Shown here piece after piece: positions 17,735 to 26,102 of a stretch of 55,326 bases of DNA (its first letter is position 1; every line of letters starts with the position of its first letter). Source of the stretch: a virus (Duplodnaviria > Caudoviricetes); IMG/VR virus record IMGVR_UViG_3300010362_000019, positions 1 to 55,326 of that record. The stretch is one strand, 5' to 3'. The notes beneath the pieces are model-generated. The model saw only the letters and a program-made list of their open reading frames with translations, did not search any database and was not told the origin of the DNA. A program made the translations under genes and the position numbers.

Positions 17735-18139
17735 ATGAAGGCAGCAGACATGCCGCCTGGGTGGCGGCAGGTGCATACCCAAAAATTTGAGAGAACAGAC
17801 GGCATTGAGGTCAAGCTGGTCGGCCCCGACTTGTGGTCGGTCGTGCTGCTGAACAAGAGTCGGCTCGACGGCTGCAGCTCAGCCCTCGAGGCGATCACCA
17901 AGGCCGATGAAGCTGTGCCGCTGGCGCTATCCGATGCGATCCTCGGCAGCGTCGAGGGCACATGGAACATGGCCATGGGCACTGCGATTGGCGTGCTCGA
18001 GGACATGGCCAACCAGATGGAAAGTGGCGATTGGCCGATCTGTTGCCCGATGTGTGCACTGCGAGCTGCTGCAGGGATCTTCCGCGGTGGTGAGCAGAAG
18101 CGCGCGATGATGTGGGGGCGTGCAGCTGGACATGCCTGA
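17735..18139 (+). CDS. Hypothetical protein
   Basis: AGGGG RBS; 134 aa. Confidence 0.55.
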   Translation: MKAADMPPGWRQVHTQKFERTDGIEVKLVGPDLWSVVLLNKSRLDGCSSALEAITKADEAVPLALSDAILGSVEGTWNMAMGTAIGVLEDMANQMESGDWPICCPMCALRAAAGIFRGGEQKRAMMWGRAAGHA

Positions 18140-18353
18140 CGAAGGCGAACCCGTCACCGTCCGTGAGGTCGCGTTAAATCCGCGCTGGCGTCTCGTGGAG
18201 GTCCGCATCGATGGTCTCGCTGAGGCGCTGCTGGTTCTCCGTATTGAGCATTATCGGCTCGGCAACGTCGACGCGATCCTCTCCAAGCCCAACGCTATGC
18301 TGCTCCGCGACACGCTCAACGAAGTCTTGGCTCAAGCCAAGGTGCCTGCCTGA
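18132..18353 (+). CDS. Hypothetical protein
   Basis: Overlap with upstream stop. Confidence 0.5.
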   Translation: MPDEGEPVTVREVALNPRWRLVEVRIDGLAEALLVLRIEHYRLGNVDAILSKPNAMLLRDTLNEVLAQAKVPA

Positions 18354-19119
18354 CACCGTCACCTTTGTGGTGACGATACTTGGTCTCTTCCTCGCCATCG
18401 CTGCGCTGCCGACATTGGCGCTCTGGTGGCTCCTGATTGGAGTGTGGCCATGGTGAAGCGCGTCGCCACGTTTCCGGTGTTCCTGGCTGCCCTGCGTTGT
18501 GCCTGTGGGAGTGACGATATCCTCTCTGTCGCAGCTGGAACGGCACCATCGGTCACCGATGGCGTGGTTGATCCTGGCACCCCGATCGTAGCGCGGTGTT
18601 TCGCATGCTTGGTCGCTTCCTTGCCTCTGTTCTCCACCAGCTCGTCCACCTGCTCCACTGGCAGCGTGGCTACGTCGTAGTCGCGAGCGATGATCGAGGA
18701 GTCGTCTGGGTTGGATACTGCTGTCATACCTGCCACCGACTCAGTGGCGTTCACCCCACTGGAACCCGCCAACCCGGTCAGCAGCCGCGGTCGCGAGATT
18801 TCCGCTGAGCACCTCTATCGCGTCAGCGGTCGCTGGAAGGGCAAACCTTTCTGCTGTGGCGCTGTATCGGTGAACAACATGGTCGTGCGCACTGCACCGT
18901 TGCTGCACAATAGGCAGCTCGATCTGGTGCTGCGCTCGGTGTGGGAAGCAGAGGACATGGTGCGCAGCCGCGGCTGGACCTGGGAGCGGGTCACTGCTCC
19001 TGCAGCTGACACTCACAGTCAACTAATGCGTATCGGCCGGCGGCGGCCTCGCGACGGATGATGTCGGCCTTCTGAACTAAGCACGAAGACGCATCAAATA
19101 GCGTCTTGGGAGTGAAACG

Positions 19120-19392
19120 ATGGATGCGCCCGTCGTTGCCGAGCATGATCGCGACGATCACCCAACATTCGGCTGGCGTAATCATGACCAGCGGACCTAT
19201 CACAAGGTCATGGCCAAACGCGAACCTGCAGAGCGGACGCCCGCGCAGATCGCAGAGCAGGAAGCCAGATATCAGGTCTGGCTTCTGCTCAAGGCGGATC
19301 CGTCGCTGATGTTTACCGTTGATACGCTGCGACCGTTCGACGCCTGGGTGACAGTGTTGACCAAGCTCCAGGCGGGATATCGTTCTCGTTGA
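19120..19392 (+). CDS. Hypothetical protein
   Basis: GGGAG RBS. Confidence 0.5.
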   Translation: MDAPVVAEHDRDDHPTFGWRNHDQRTYHKVMAKREPAERTPAQIAEQEARYQVWLLLKADPSLMFTVDTLRPFDAWVTVLTKLQAGYRSR

Positions 19393-19648
19393 GCAGATCA
19401 TCGATCACGTGGTCGGTGCCGCGGACTGCCTGCATGGTCTCCACCAGGGCGACCATCTCCGACAGCCGGCAATCTTCGACGCCGAGCTGCACGATGCCGT
19501 CCACCACCTCGTCGAGCAGCCGCCGCGTCTGCGCCACCAGCTCAAACGCGTTGATGTCTTCTGCTTGGAGGGTTGCGATGGCGCCTGACACGAGCAGCTT
19601 CACGCCATCACGGGCCTGCTGAACCAGCAAATGATGCGAGTGTTCCAT
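19313..19648 (-). CDS. Hypothetical helical protein (lone antisense gene)
   Basis: 111 aa ORF with protein-like composition; + strand frames here look non-coding. Confidence 0.5.
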   Translation of the reverse strand: MEHSHHLLVQQARDGVKLLVSGAIATLQAEDINAFELVAQTRRLLDEVVDGIVQLGVEDCRLSEMVALVETMQAVRGTDHVIDDLLNENDIPPGAWSTLSPRRRTVAAYQR

Positions 19649-19734
19649 CCCAGATATTCCCCGTAGGCTAACCAGGCGAACAATGCATCAATGATCAGGC
19701 CCCTCCAAGAATTATTGTGGTATTGAGCCGAGTC

Positions 19735-19929
19735 ATGCACAGCAGAAATGCCAGCGACGAGGAGTGCATCGAGGCCTACACCAGGGCTGTGTTTGCTGTA
19801 GCAATGAGAAACGGCGGCACCCTCCTGATCAAGGGTGACGAAATACCCGAGGAAAGCACCGTGAATATCGCATTTCGGTTTCTGAAGAACGGAGACCTGG
19901 AAATCCGAGCTGAGAGGGTCACCAACTGA
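19735..19929 (+). CDS. Hypothetical protein
   Basis: ORF ending 1 nt before terS. Confidence 0.5.
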   Translation: MHSRNASDEECIEAYTRAVFAVAMRNGGTLLIKGDEIPEESTVNIAFRFLKNGDLEIRAERVTN

Positions 19930-19930
19930 G

Positions 19931-20371
19931 ATGGTGGCGAAGCGGAAAGCGAAGCCGAAGCCGAAGAAGCCAGTCCGGATCATCAAGCCCGGCGAGGCGC
20001 CTGGGCGTGGATCATCCCCAGGCGCACGCGGTCAGCAGGCGCGGTTCGTCGCCACCGAGGAGCAGCGCCGGCTCGTAGCCGCTCTGCGATCGTGCGGCTG
20101 GTCGCAGGAGAATATCAGCCTCGCCACCAAGCTGCCGCGCACCACGCTCAACCGACATTTCGCCAAGGAGATGGAAACCGGCGAGATGTCGATCAAAAGC
20201 AAGATCTCGCACAACATCATTGAGGGGGCGATGAACGGCGACCGAACCCTGATGATTTTCTATGCCAAGACGCAGATGGGGTGGAAAGACCGCGCCTCGA
20301 TCGGCTTCGAGGACGACAAGGGTCAGCCGATCAATCCGGCCGGGCTGTTTACCGTGAACATCAGCGGATGA
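19931..20371 (+). CDS. terS: Terminase small subunit (HTH type)
   Basis: EEQRRLVAALRSCGWSQENI...TTLNRHFAKEMETG...AMNGDRTLMIFYAKTQMGWKD, typical phage TerS pattern. Confidence 0.75.
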   Translation: MVAKRKAKPKPKKPVRIIKPGEAPGRGSSPGARGQQARFVATEEQRRLVAALRSCGWSQENISLATKLPRTTLNRHFAKEMETGEMSIKSKISHNIIEGAMNGDRTLMIFYAKTQMGWKDRASIGFEDDKGQPINPAGLFTVNISG

Positions 20372-20643
20372 GCGCTCCCGAGCCCGATCTCGAGCAGCTG
20401 CTCGCAGGCATCGACCAGGGCGTCGCCAACGAGCTGATGGAGGCGTTCCGCGTCGCCGCGGCTGACCTGGGTGTCGACGACAACACTGCGATGTGGGCCC
20501 TGGCGCAGCTCGAGGCGGCGATCATCGCCAACGGCAGGCCTGGGCGCGAGCAGTCATGGCGCGCGCAGCGGTTCCGCGAAATGGTCTATGTCGCGCTGCC
20601 GGTTGCCCTCACGCATTACTCACGGGCGCAGGTGCCGCAGTGA
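20368..20643 (+). CDS. Hypothetical protein
   Basis: ATGA overlap with terS. Confidence 0.55.
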   Translation: MSAPEPDLEQLLAGIDQGVANELMEAFRVAAADLGVDDNTAMWALAQLEAAIIANGRPGREQSWRAQRFREMVYVALPVALTHYSRAQVPQ

Positions 20644-20646
20644 GAG

Positions 20647-20853
20647 ATGGACGGACAGCCAACACCGCTGTTCGCGCACAGGTATCCTCTGGATCGCAAA
20701 GATGAATTGGAGCGCCTGGGCTGGGATGAAGACACGCTGATCGCCGAGGCGAAGGCGGCGGGCTGGTTCGTCAATCGCAAGATGGTGCGCGCCTGGGTGC
20801 GCAACGGCATGTTGCCGCCGCCAAAACGACGTTGCGAGGGCGAGGCATTTTAA
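20647..20853 (+). CDS. Small HTH-like hypothetical protein
   Basis: VNRKMVRAWVRNGMLPPP, MerR/excisionase-like pattern. Confidence 0.5.
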   Translation: MDGQPTPLFAHRYPLDRKDELERLGWDEDTLIAEAKAAGWFVNRKMVRAWVRNGMLPPPKRRCEGEAF

Positions 20854-20887
20854 AATACGTTGCGGCCGGTTCAGTAGGAGTCGCTGA

Positions 20888-21049
20888 TTGCCCCTTAAAA
20901 AAGGCAGTTCGGACGCCACCCGCAGCGAGAACATCCGCGAGATGATCGATGCAGGGCATCCGCGCGACCAAGCCGCTGCCGCGGCATATCGTCAGCAGCG
21001 GCTGGCGCGAGCGCGCAAGACGACGAAGAAGCGACGGAAGAAGGGTTGA
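20888..21049 (+). CDS. Small basic phage protein (MPLKKG..SENIRE..G.P..QA.A.A family)
   Basis: Hand translation from TTG with AGGAG RBS; 53 aa, below ORF-track cutoff. Confidence 0.7.
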   Translation: MPLKKGSSDATRSENIREMIDAGHPRDQAAAAAYRQQRLARARKTTKKRRKKG

Positions 21050-21085
21050 CCGATGCAGAGCGAAGGCCTGACGCAACGGAAAGGT

Positions 21086-21334
21086 ATGGCGATGTCAAAA
21101 GGGACCGAGCCGGGTGGCTCATTCGGGTGTCAGTCGTTCGCCAGCATGAATGGCGGCAAGAAGCATCCTGACTCAGGCATGTCGCATGCGCACACTGGCG
21201 ACAGCGGCCGGGCGATCTCTGGTCACGTATCGCGTGGCTCTGGCTCGATGGGCGCGCAGCGGCATCCCGACCATGGACCTCATCACCACAGCGGCGACTT
21301 CGGTGTTGAGTCCTTCAAATCGATGAATGGCTGA
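21086..21334 (+). CDS. Gly/Ser/His-rich small protein
   Basis: ORF with duplicated FGxxSFxSMNG motif. Confidence 0.55.
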   Translation: MAMSKGTEPGGSFGCQSFASMNGGKKHPDSGMSHAHTGDSGRAISGHVSRGSGSMGAQRHPDHGPHHHSGDFGVESFKSMNG

Positions 21335-21479
21335 GCCGACCCCACCGTTCAGCAAACCGACGAAGCCGGCGCCTCCACCGACAACGTCGTTTGTCGGCTG
21401 TAAGTGTGGGCGCCGGAACCCCTCTCACTTTGAGTATTGCGGTGCCTGCGGCAATCCGCTCCCACGCCAAGCTGTCTAA
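21327..21479 (+). CDS. Small zinc-ribbon protein
   Basis: Hand translation MAEPTPP...CKCGRRNPSHFEYCGACGNPL; 50 aa. Confidence 0.5.
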   Translation: MAEPTPPFSKPTKPAPPPTTSFVGCKCGRRNPSHFEYCGACGNPLPRQAV

Positions 21480-21639
21480 GGCTGCCGTGCACTACGGGCC
21501 CGGCATGCCGGGCAGCAGGTGCGACATCTGCACGCACTGGAGACCGCCCGAGAGCTGCGAGCTGGTCGCCGGCAAGATCGAGAAGACCGACTGGTGCAAC
21601 CGGTTCCACAAGGACCGCAGCAAGGTGAAGCGCAAATGA
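21442..21639 (+). CDS. HiPIP-like (high-potential iron-sulfur) protein
   Basis: SKAAVHY...RCDICTHW.PPESCELVAGKI...WCNRF four-Cys HiPIP pattern; start uncertain. Confidence 0.65.
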   Translation: MPAAIRSHAKLSKAAVHYGPGMPGSRCDICTHWRPPESCELVAGKIEKTDWCNRFHKDRSKVKRK

Positions 21640-21899
21640 CCCTACCGCATGTCGACGTGGTCAAGGCGGCCACAGGTTTCCTGGCGCTGGTGCACGCGGC
21701 CGAGGCTGCAGGCGTTGGCCCGCGGGTGCTGCAGGGTGAGGGGCTCGACCAGCTCGCGCGCCGCCTCGTCTCGACGCTGATCTCTGAGTATGGGGCTTCG
21801 CCCGAGGCTGCTGCTGCGCACATCGTTGACAGCAGCATGGTGCGCAACGTCGAGAGCACGATCATGGCGGCGTTCGCGAAGGGGAAGGGTGACGCGTAA
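21636..21899 (+). CDS. Hypothetical protein
   Basis: ATGA overlap. Confidence 0.55.
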   Translation: MTLPHVDVVKAATGFLALVHAAEAAGVGPRVLQGEGLDQLARRLVSTLISEYGASPEAAAAHIVDSSMVRNVESTIMAAFAKGKGDA

Positions 21900-22150
21900 T
21901 GCCAGCAGCCAGTGATGCTGTTCGCGGGCTTTGGAACACCGCTGACCAAGATATCCGGCGGAAGCAGATGGCTGCTGACGCGAAAGAGCAAGCAAAGCAG
22001 GCTGCGCTCGGCCCGTTGGCTGGCTCAGCTTCGACATACAGCTACGGGCGCAGCTTGATGCCGCGAGTCCAGGGGGATGGAAGTATAGCGTATACCGATG
22101 GCCCCCTCGCCTGGGACGCCAACGAGGAGACGGCGTTCGGCGGCCGATGA
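21899..22150 (+). CDS. Hypothetical protein
   Basis: TAATG overlap. Confidence 0.55.
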   Translation: MPAASDAVRGLWNTADQDIRRKQMAADAKEQAKQAALGPLAGSASTYSYGRSLMPRVQGDGSIAYTDGPLAWDANEETAFGGR

Positions 22151-22404
22151 ACCTCGCTCCCCTCAAACGCGAAGGCTATCCGTTGATCGAGGATCCCGAG
22201 CATCCGCTCTGGGAGCAGCAGCAGGAAGGCTGGCCTGACTTCACGCCCATCGAGGCGAAGCGCGAGGCAGCACGTGACAGTGTTGCGACTCGGGCAAATT
22301 CAAATTCCCATCCGGCGTTCCAATCGGACTATATCGTCAACGATCAGGCCGAGCGCGAACGTCAGCAAGAAGAGGCGGCAGCGCCGGCAAAACCGCGCCG
22401 CTGA
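22147..22404 (+). CDS. Hypothetical protein
   Basis: ATGA overlap. Confidence 0.55.
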   Translation: MNLAPLKREGYPLIEDPEHPLWEQQQEGWPDFTPIEAKREAARDSVATRANSNSHPAFQSDYIVNDQAERERQQEEAAAPAKPRR

Positions 22405-22416
22405 AAGAGGCCGCGT

Positions 22417-22620
22417 ATGGGTGTGCATAACAGGCGGCCTCAGATCGACAAGGTGAACGTGAAAGAGCTGGCGCGAGCTGGCCATCTCACCTATCCGCAA
22501 ATCGCACAGCGCCTCAGTCTGCCGTTGGGCACTGTGCAGCGATATGCGCACCAGCTGCGCCAGGAAGAAGCGATCCCCAGGCGCGCGCCACCTCCGAAGG
22601 TGACACCCAATGGCAACTGA
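22417..22620 (+). CDS. Small HTH protein
   Basis: LTYPQIAQRLSLPLGTVQRY sigma-region-4-like HTH. Confidence 0.6.
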   Translation: MGVHNRRPQIDKVNVKELARAGHLTYPQIAQRLSLPLGTVQRYAHQLRQEEAIPRRAPPPKVTPNGN

Positions 22621-22864
22621 CGACGAAGACGTCGAGGCCACAGCTGAGCAACGCAAGCTGCTGGGTCTGAACCCGAGCGGCGATGACGCGTTCCACCCAG
22701 GCTCGGGCTTCGCGTTCGGTAGCGGCGCGACAGCGTTCGGCCGGATGATTGGCAGATCCAACGACATCCGCGATGACGCCAACGCAATTCAGCAGGGCAT
22801 CGACAGCCGGCGGCAGCAGCCGCGGCAGCGTGGCACGCCGGCACCGCCGGATGGAGGAGCCTGA
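22610..22864 (+). CDS. Hypothetical protein
   Basis: Coupled ORF. Confidence 0.55.
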   Translation: MATDDEDVEATAEQRKLLGLNPSGDDAFHPGSGFAFGSGATAFGRMIGRSNDIRDDANAIQQGIDSRRQQPRQRGTPAPPDGGA

Positions 22865-23046
22865 TGGACGACGACGACAGCAACATCCAGCTCGCTGCAT
22901 ATCACCCAGGCAACAGCCAGCAGGCGTTCCCGACGCCGATCCCGCCACCGACGCCGCAAGGCACCAACGTCCCAGCTCAGAAGCTGCGTGACGCGGTCGG
23001 TGGGTTGTTCTTCCAGAAACCATCGCCGCCGCCGCCAAAGAGGTAG
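22864..23046 (+). CDS. Pro-rich hypothetical protein
   Basis: GGAGGAG RBS; TGATG overlap. Confidence 0.55.
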   Translation: MDDDDSNIQLAAYHPGNSQQAFPTPIPPPTPQGTNVPAQKLRDAVGGLFFQKPSPPPPKR

Positions 23047-23048
23047 CC

Positions 23049-23306
23049 ATGGCAGACGATAAGGCGTTCCCCGACAGGGGGCAGGCGTTCATCTCGCCGA
23101 GCACCGGCAAGCCCATGCCTCTGAGTTCCGACGACGCGCAATGGGACGTCGACATCCCAATCGAGAGGCCTGATTGGACGCGTGGCTTGAAGCGACAAGG
23201 ACAGCCGGCGGATCCGAACATGCGCACGGAGGCGCCGGATGCTGGATCAGCTCCTGCGGAGTGGATGTTCCCCACGAAGCCGCGGTCTGTAAGGGGTGGT
23301 GTCTGA
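23049..23306 (+). CDS. Hypothetical protein
   Basis: GAGG RBS. Confidence 0.55.
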   Translation: MADDKAFPDRGQAFISPSTGKPMPLSSDDAQWDVDIPIERPDWTRGLKRQGQPADPNMRTEAPDAGSAPAEWMFPTKPRSVRGGV

Positions 23307-23515
23307 TGTGCTCGATCTTCGCACTCAGAGAGGTGCTGATCGCCGCGGTCTTCATCTGCGCGGTCATTGCTGTCATCCGCATCTTGGTCGGTCAGGCATC
23401 GGGCGCACCCGCCTGGGTGATCGCGCTGCTCAACGTGGTGCTGTGGGTTGTCGTCGCCTTGGTGGCGATCTGGCTGATCTTCGGCCTGCTCACCTGCGTG
23501 CCGGGATTACGCTGA
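23306..23515 (+). CDS. Small two-TM membrane protein (possible holin)
   Basis: Two long hydrophobic helices; TGATG overlap. Confidence 0.6.
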   Translation: MCSIFALREVLIAAVFICAVIAVIRILVGQASGAPAWVIALLNVVLWVVVALVAIWLIFGLLTCVPGLR

Positions 23516-23562
23516 TGCCCATCACCACAGGAAACACACCCAAAGCCCTGTCAGGAGGCTCC

Positions 23563-23838
23563 ATGCCGCTATCCGCAGCTCAGCGTCGCAACATGCCGGC
23601 GTCGAAGTTCGCACTACCCGGTAAGGGCGAAGGCGAGGGCGGCAAAGGCCCAGGCGCATATCCGCTCGACACTCTGAAGCGGGCCCGCAATGCGCTGTCG
23701 CGTGGCTCCGAGTATGCGGCACCGAGCGCGCTCGAGGTGATCCGGCGCCGGGTGCACGAAGCTTTCCCATCCATCGACATCGCGCACCACAACGATGGAG
23801 GCTATGCGTTCCACCGCGGAGAGGGGCATGCACATTGA
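23563..23838 (+). CDS. DUF6582-like phage protein
   Basis: LSAAQRRNMPASKFALPG...YPLDTLKRARNALSR; AGGAGG RBS. Confidence 0.65.
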   Translation: MPLSAAQRRNMPASKFALPGKGEGEGGKGPGAYPLDTLKRARNALSRGSEYAAPSALEVIRRRVHEAFPSIDIAHHNDGGYAFHRGEGHAH

Positions 23839-24589
23839 GGCGCTCAGCGTCTGCGTAAACTTTCACGATGTGCTGGCGTTCACGCTGCCGGCGAACAAGT
23901 CACATTTCGACAGGATGGTCGTTGTCTCGGATACGACTGACGAGCTGACCAAGAACCTGTGCTCGCACCATCACGTTGAGCTGGTGCAGACCGACCAATT
24001 CTACCACAGCGATCAGGCGTTCGCGAAAGCGCGAGGCCTCAATGCCGGCCTGCAGCGGCTCTCACGTAAGGGCTGGATCGTGCACATGGATGCCGACATT
24101 GTCTTGCCGACGCGCACGCGAGAGATCCTCGGCCGGCTGCCGTTGGACCCTACCTGCATCTACGGCATCGATCGGATGATGTGTCCCGACTTCGGGGCGT
24201 ATATCCGCTACATGCAGAACCCGACGCAGATGCACACGGCAGAGACGTTCGTGATCCCCGAGCCCTTTCCTTTGGGCGCGCGAGTCGCACCGATGCAAGC
24301 CGGCAAGCTCTGGATGCCGATCGGCTTTTTCCAGCTTTGGAACCCAGAGGGCAGCGGTATACACGACTATCCGCACGACCACGGCACCGCGGGGAGGACC
24401 GATATGCTGCATGCCATGCGTTGGCCTCGTGAAAAGCGACAGCTCATCCCCGAGCTGATTGCTATCCACCTCGAGGGCCCGATCGCCAAGGGCATGAAGA
24501 ACTGGCGCGGCCGGCGCATGGGTCACTTCGGGCCGCCGCCTCACCAAGATCCACACCAGCCGCCTCCGTCCACCTACTGCGGTGAGTGA
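23828..24589 (+). CDS. Glycosyltransferase, GT-A fold (GT2-like)
   Basis: VCVNFHD.L..TLP, FAKARGLN, WIVHMDADIVLP (DxD), GFFQLW. Confidence 0.75.
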   Translation: MHIEALSVCVNFHDVLAFTLPANKSHFDRMVVVSDTTDELTKNLCSHHHVELVQTDQFYHSDQAFAKARGLNAGLQRLSRKGWIVHMDADIVLPTRTREILGRLPLDPTCIYGIDRMMCPDFGAYIRYMQNPTQMHTAETFVIPEPFPLGARVAPMQAGKLWMPIGFFQLWNPEGSGIHDYPHDHGTAGRTDMLHAMRWPREKRQLIPELIAIHLEGPIAKGMKNWRGRRMGHFGPPPHQDPHQPPPSTYCGE

Positions 24590-26102
24590 GTATCTCGGCA
24601 ATCGCGATGTGCTGTTCGATCCGTCGAACGGCACGCAGCCGCGGAATGATCTGCAGGACTACCATGAGCACCTGCCGATCCTGGCGCATCTGACGAGCGC
24701 GCCAGACCGGTTCCAGGGCGCGATATGGCCTTCCAACAATCCGGTCGGGACTGAATACGTCCAGGGAGCTGGGAACCCGTCAGGCCCGTTCGTAGAGGCG
24801 CCGCAGGGCGGCTGGAACGCAGAGCGCATCATGTCGCAGCCTGGGGCAGATGTGGCCGCCAACTTTGTGCTCGGTGTTGGCGGTGGACCGTTCCGTCGCG
24901 TGCCAAACCCGCTGACGGTCTATCACGGCACGCCGCACACGTTCCCGCCGACCGAGGGCAATCCGCTCGGTGAGTTCGATCTGTCGAAGGTAGGCTCAGG
25001 CGAGGGCTTCCAGGCCTATGGGCACGGTGTCTATCAAGCCGGCGCTGAGGATGTGGCGCGCGGCTATAAGGACAGGCTGAGCGGTGCTGCGATCATCCCA
25101 GGCGCTCCCAGTCATGTGCCCGGCTATGCGGTCGATGGCGTGTATCCGCCCACCGGCATGGCTGGCCATGCAGCAATGGACACCGCCATAGATCTGAATG
25201 GCCTGCTCTCGGCAATGCATGCGTATGAGAACAAGCCCTCTCACTCGTCGTATTGGAAAAAGGGAGATCCGATCGCCCCAGACTGGGACATGCGGCCGAG
25301 CTACCAGCAATCGATCGACTACCTGCGCCAAACGATCGAGCGGCGGATTGATGCGTTCCGTGAGCGCCTAGGTGGCGAGAAGCCCAGCGGCATCGCCGAT
25401 CGAGATATGGCCGATCTGGCCGACTACTACGATGCGCATGTCCGCAATGCGAAGCCAGAGGACGTGATGCAGCGCCCGCCTGGGCGGATGTATGAGTCCG
25501 AGTTCCATGCCGAGCTGCACGAGCTGCTGGATTGGGACAAGCCGCTCTCAGAGCAATCGCCCCAGGTGCGTGAAGCGCTGGCGAAGCTTGGCGTGACCCA
25601 GCCCGAAAAATGGGAATACGAGTGGACGACAGGTCCGAACGGCCGGCATGTGCTGTATCGCAGCGACTACCCCGACATGCCGCTGGCGACGCTGGAACCT
25701 GTCGAGAAAAACGCCCCCGACGACTGGTTCCATGTTCATCAGGGCAATGGATACGGAGCCTATGGAGGCGCCGGCCGTCTTGAGAGCGCCAAGCAGATGG
25801 CAGAGGACAAGTATGGGTCGCGGCTGTCACCCGAGACGCGGATGATGACCGGTGAGCAGCTGCTCGATGCGCTCAAGGCAAACTTGAGACACGAGGATAA
25901 CCCCCGCGTTGCTGCGGCTGAGGCGCTCCGCGATGCCGGCGTGAAAGGTATCCGCTACCTCGATGCTGATAGCCGTAGGAGAGGTGCTGGCACCTACAAC
26001 TACGTGGTGTTCGATCCGACCGCGCTGAACATCGTGCGACGCTACGGCATCGGCGCTCTGCTCGGTGGTGGAGCTGCTGCAGCTGCAGGGGAAGAACAGT
26101 GA
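24582..26102 (+). CDS. ADP-ribosyltransferase-like (ART-PolyVal-type) protein
   Basis: VYHGTPH..F..FDLSKVGSGEG.QAYGHGVY, LLDWDKPLSEQ, AGVKGIRYLD...NYVVFD. Confidence 0.7.
   Translation: MSEYLGNRDVLFDPSNGTQPRNDLQDYHEHLPILAHLTSAPDRFQGAIWPSNNPVGTEYVQGAGNPSGPFVEAPQGGWNAERIMSQPGADVAANFVLGVGGGPFRRVPNPLTVYHGTPHTFPPTEGNPLGEFDLSKVGSGEGFQAYGHGVYQAGAEDVARGYKDRLSGAAIIPGAPSHVPGYAVDGVYPPTGMAGHAAMDTAIDLNGLLSAMHAYENKPSHSSYWKKGDPIAPDWDMRPSYQQSIDYLRQTIERRIDAFRERLGGEKPSGIADRDMADLADYYDAHVRNAKPEDVMQRPPGRMYESEFHAELHELLDWDKPLSEQSPQVREALAKLGVTQPEKWEYEWTTGPNGRHVLYRSDYPDMPLATLEPVEKNAPDDWFHVHQGNGYGAYGGAGRLESAKQMAEDKYGSRLSPETRMMTGEQLLDALKANLRHEDNPRVAAAEALRDAGVKGIRYLDADSRRRGAGTYNYVVFDPTALNIVRRYGIGALLGGGAAAAAGEEQ

Noticed and set aside
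18340-19061. Several overlapping short ORFs
   Set aside because: Probably coding, but frames and starts could not be resolved confidently
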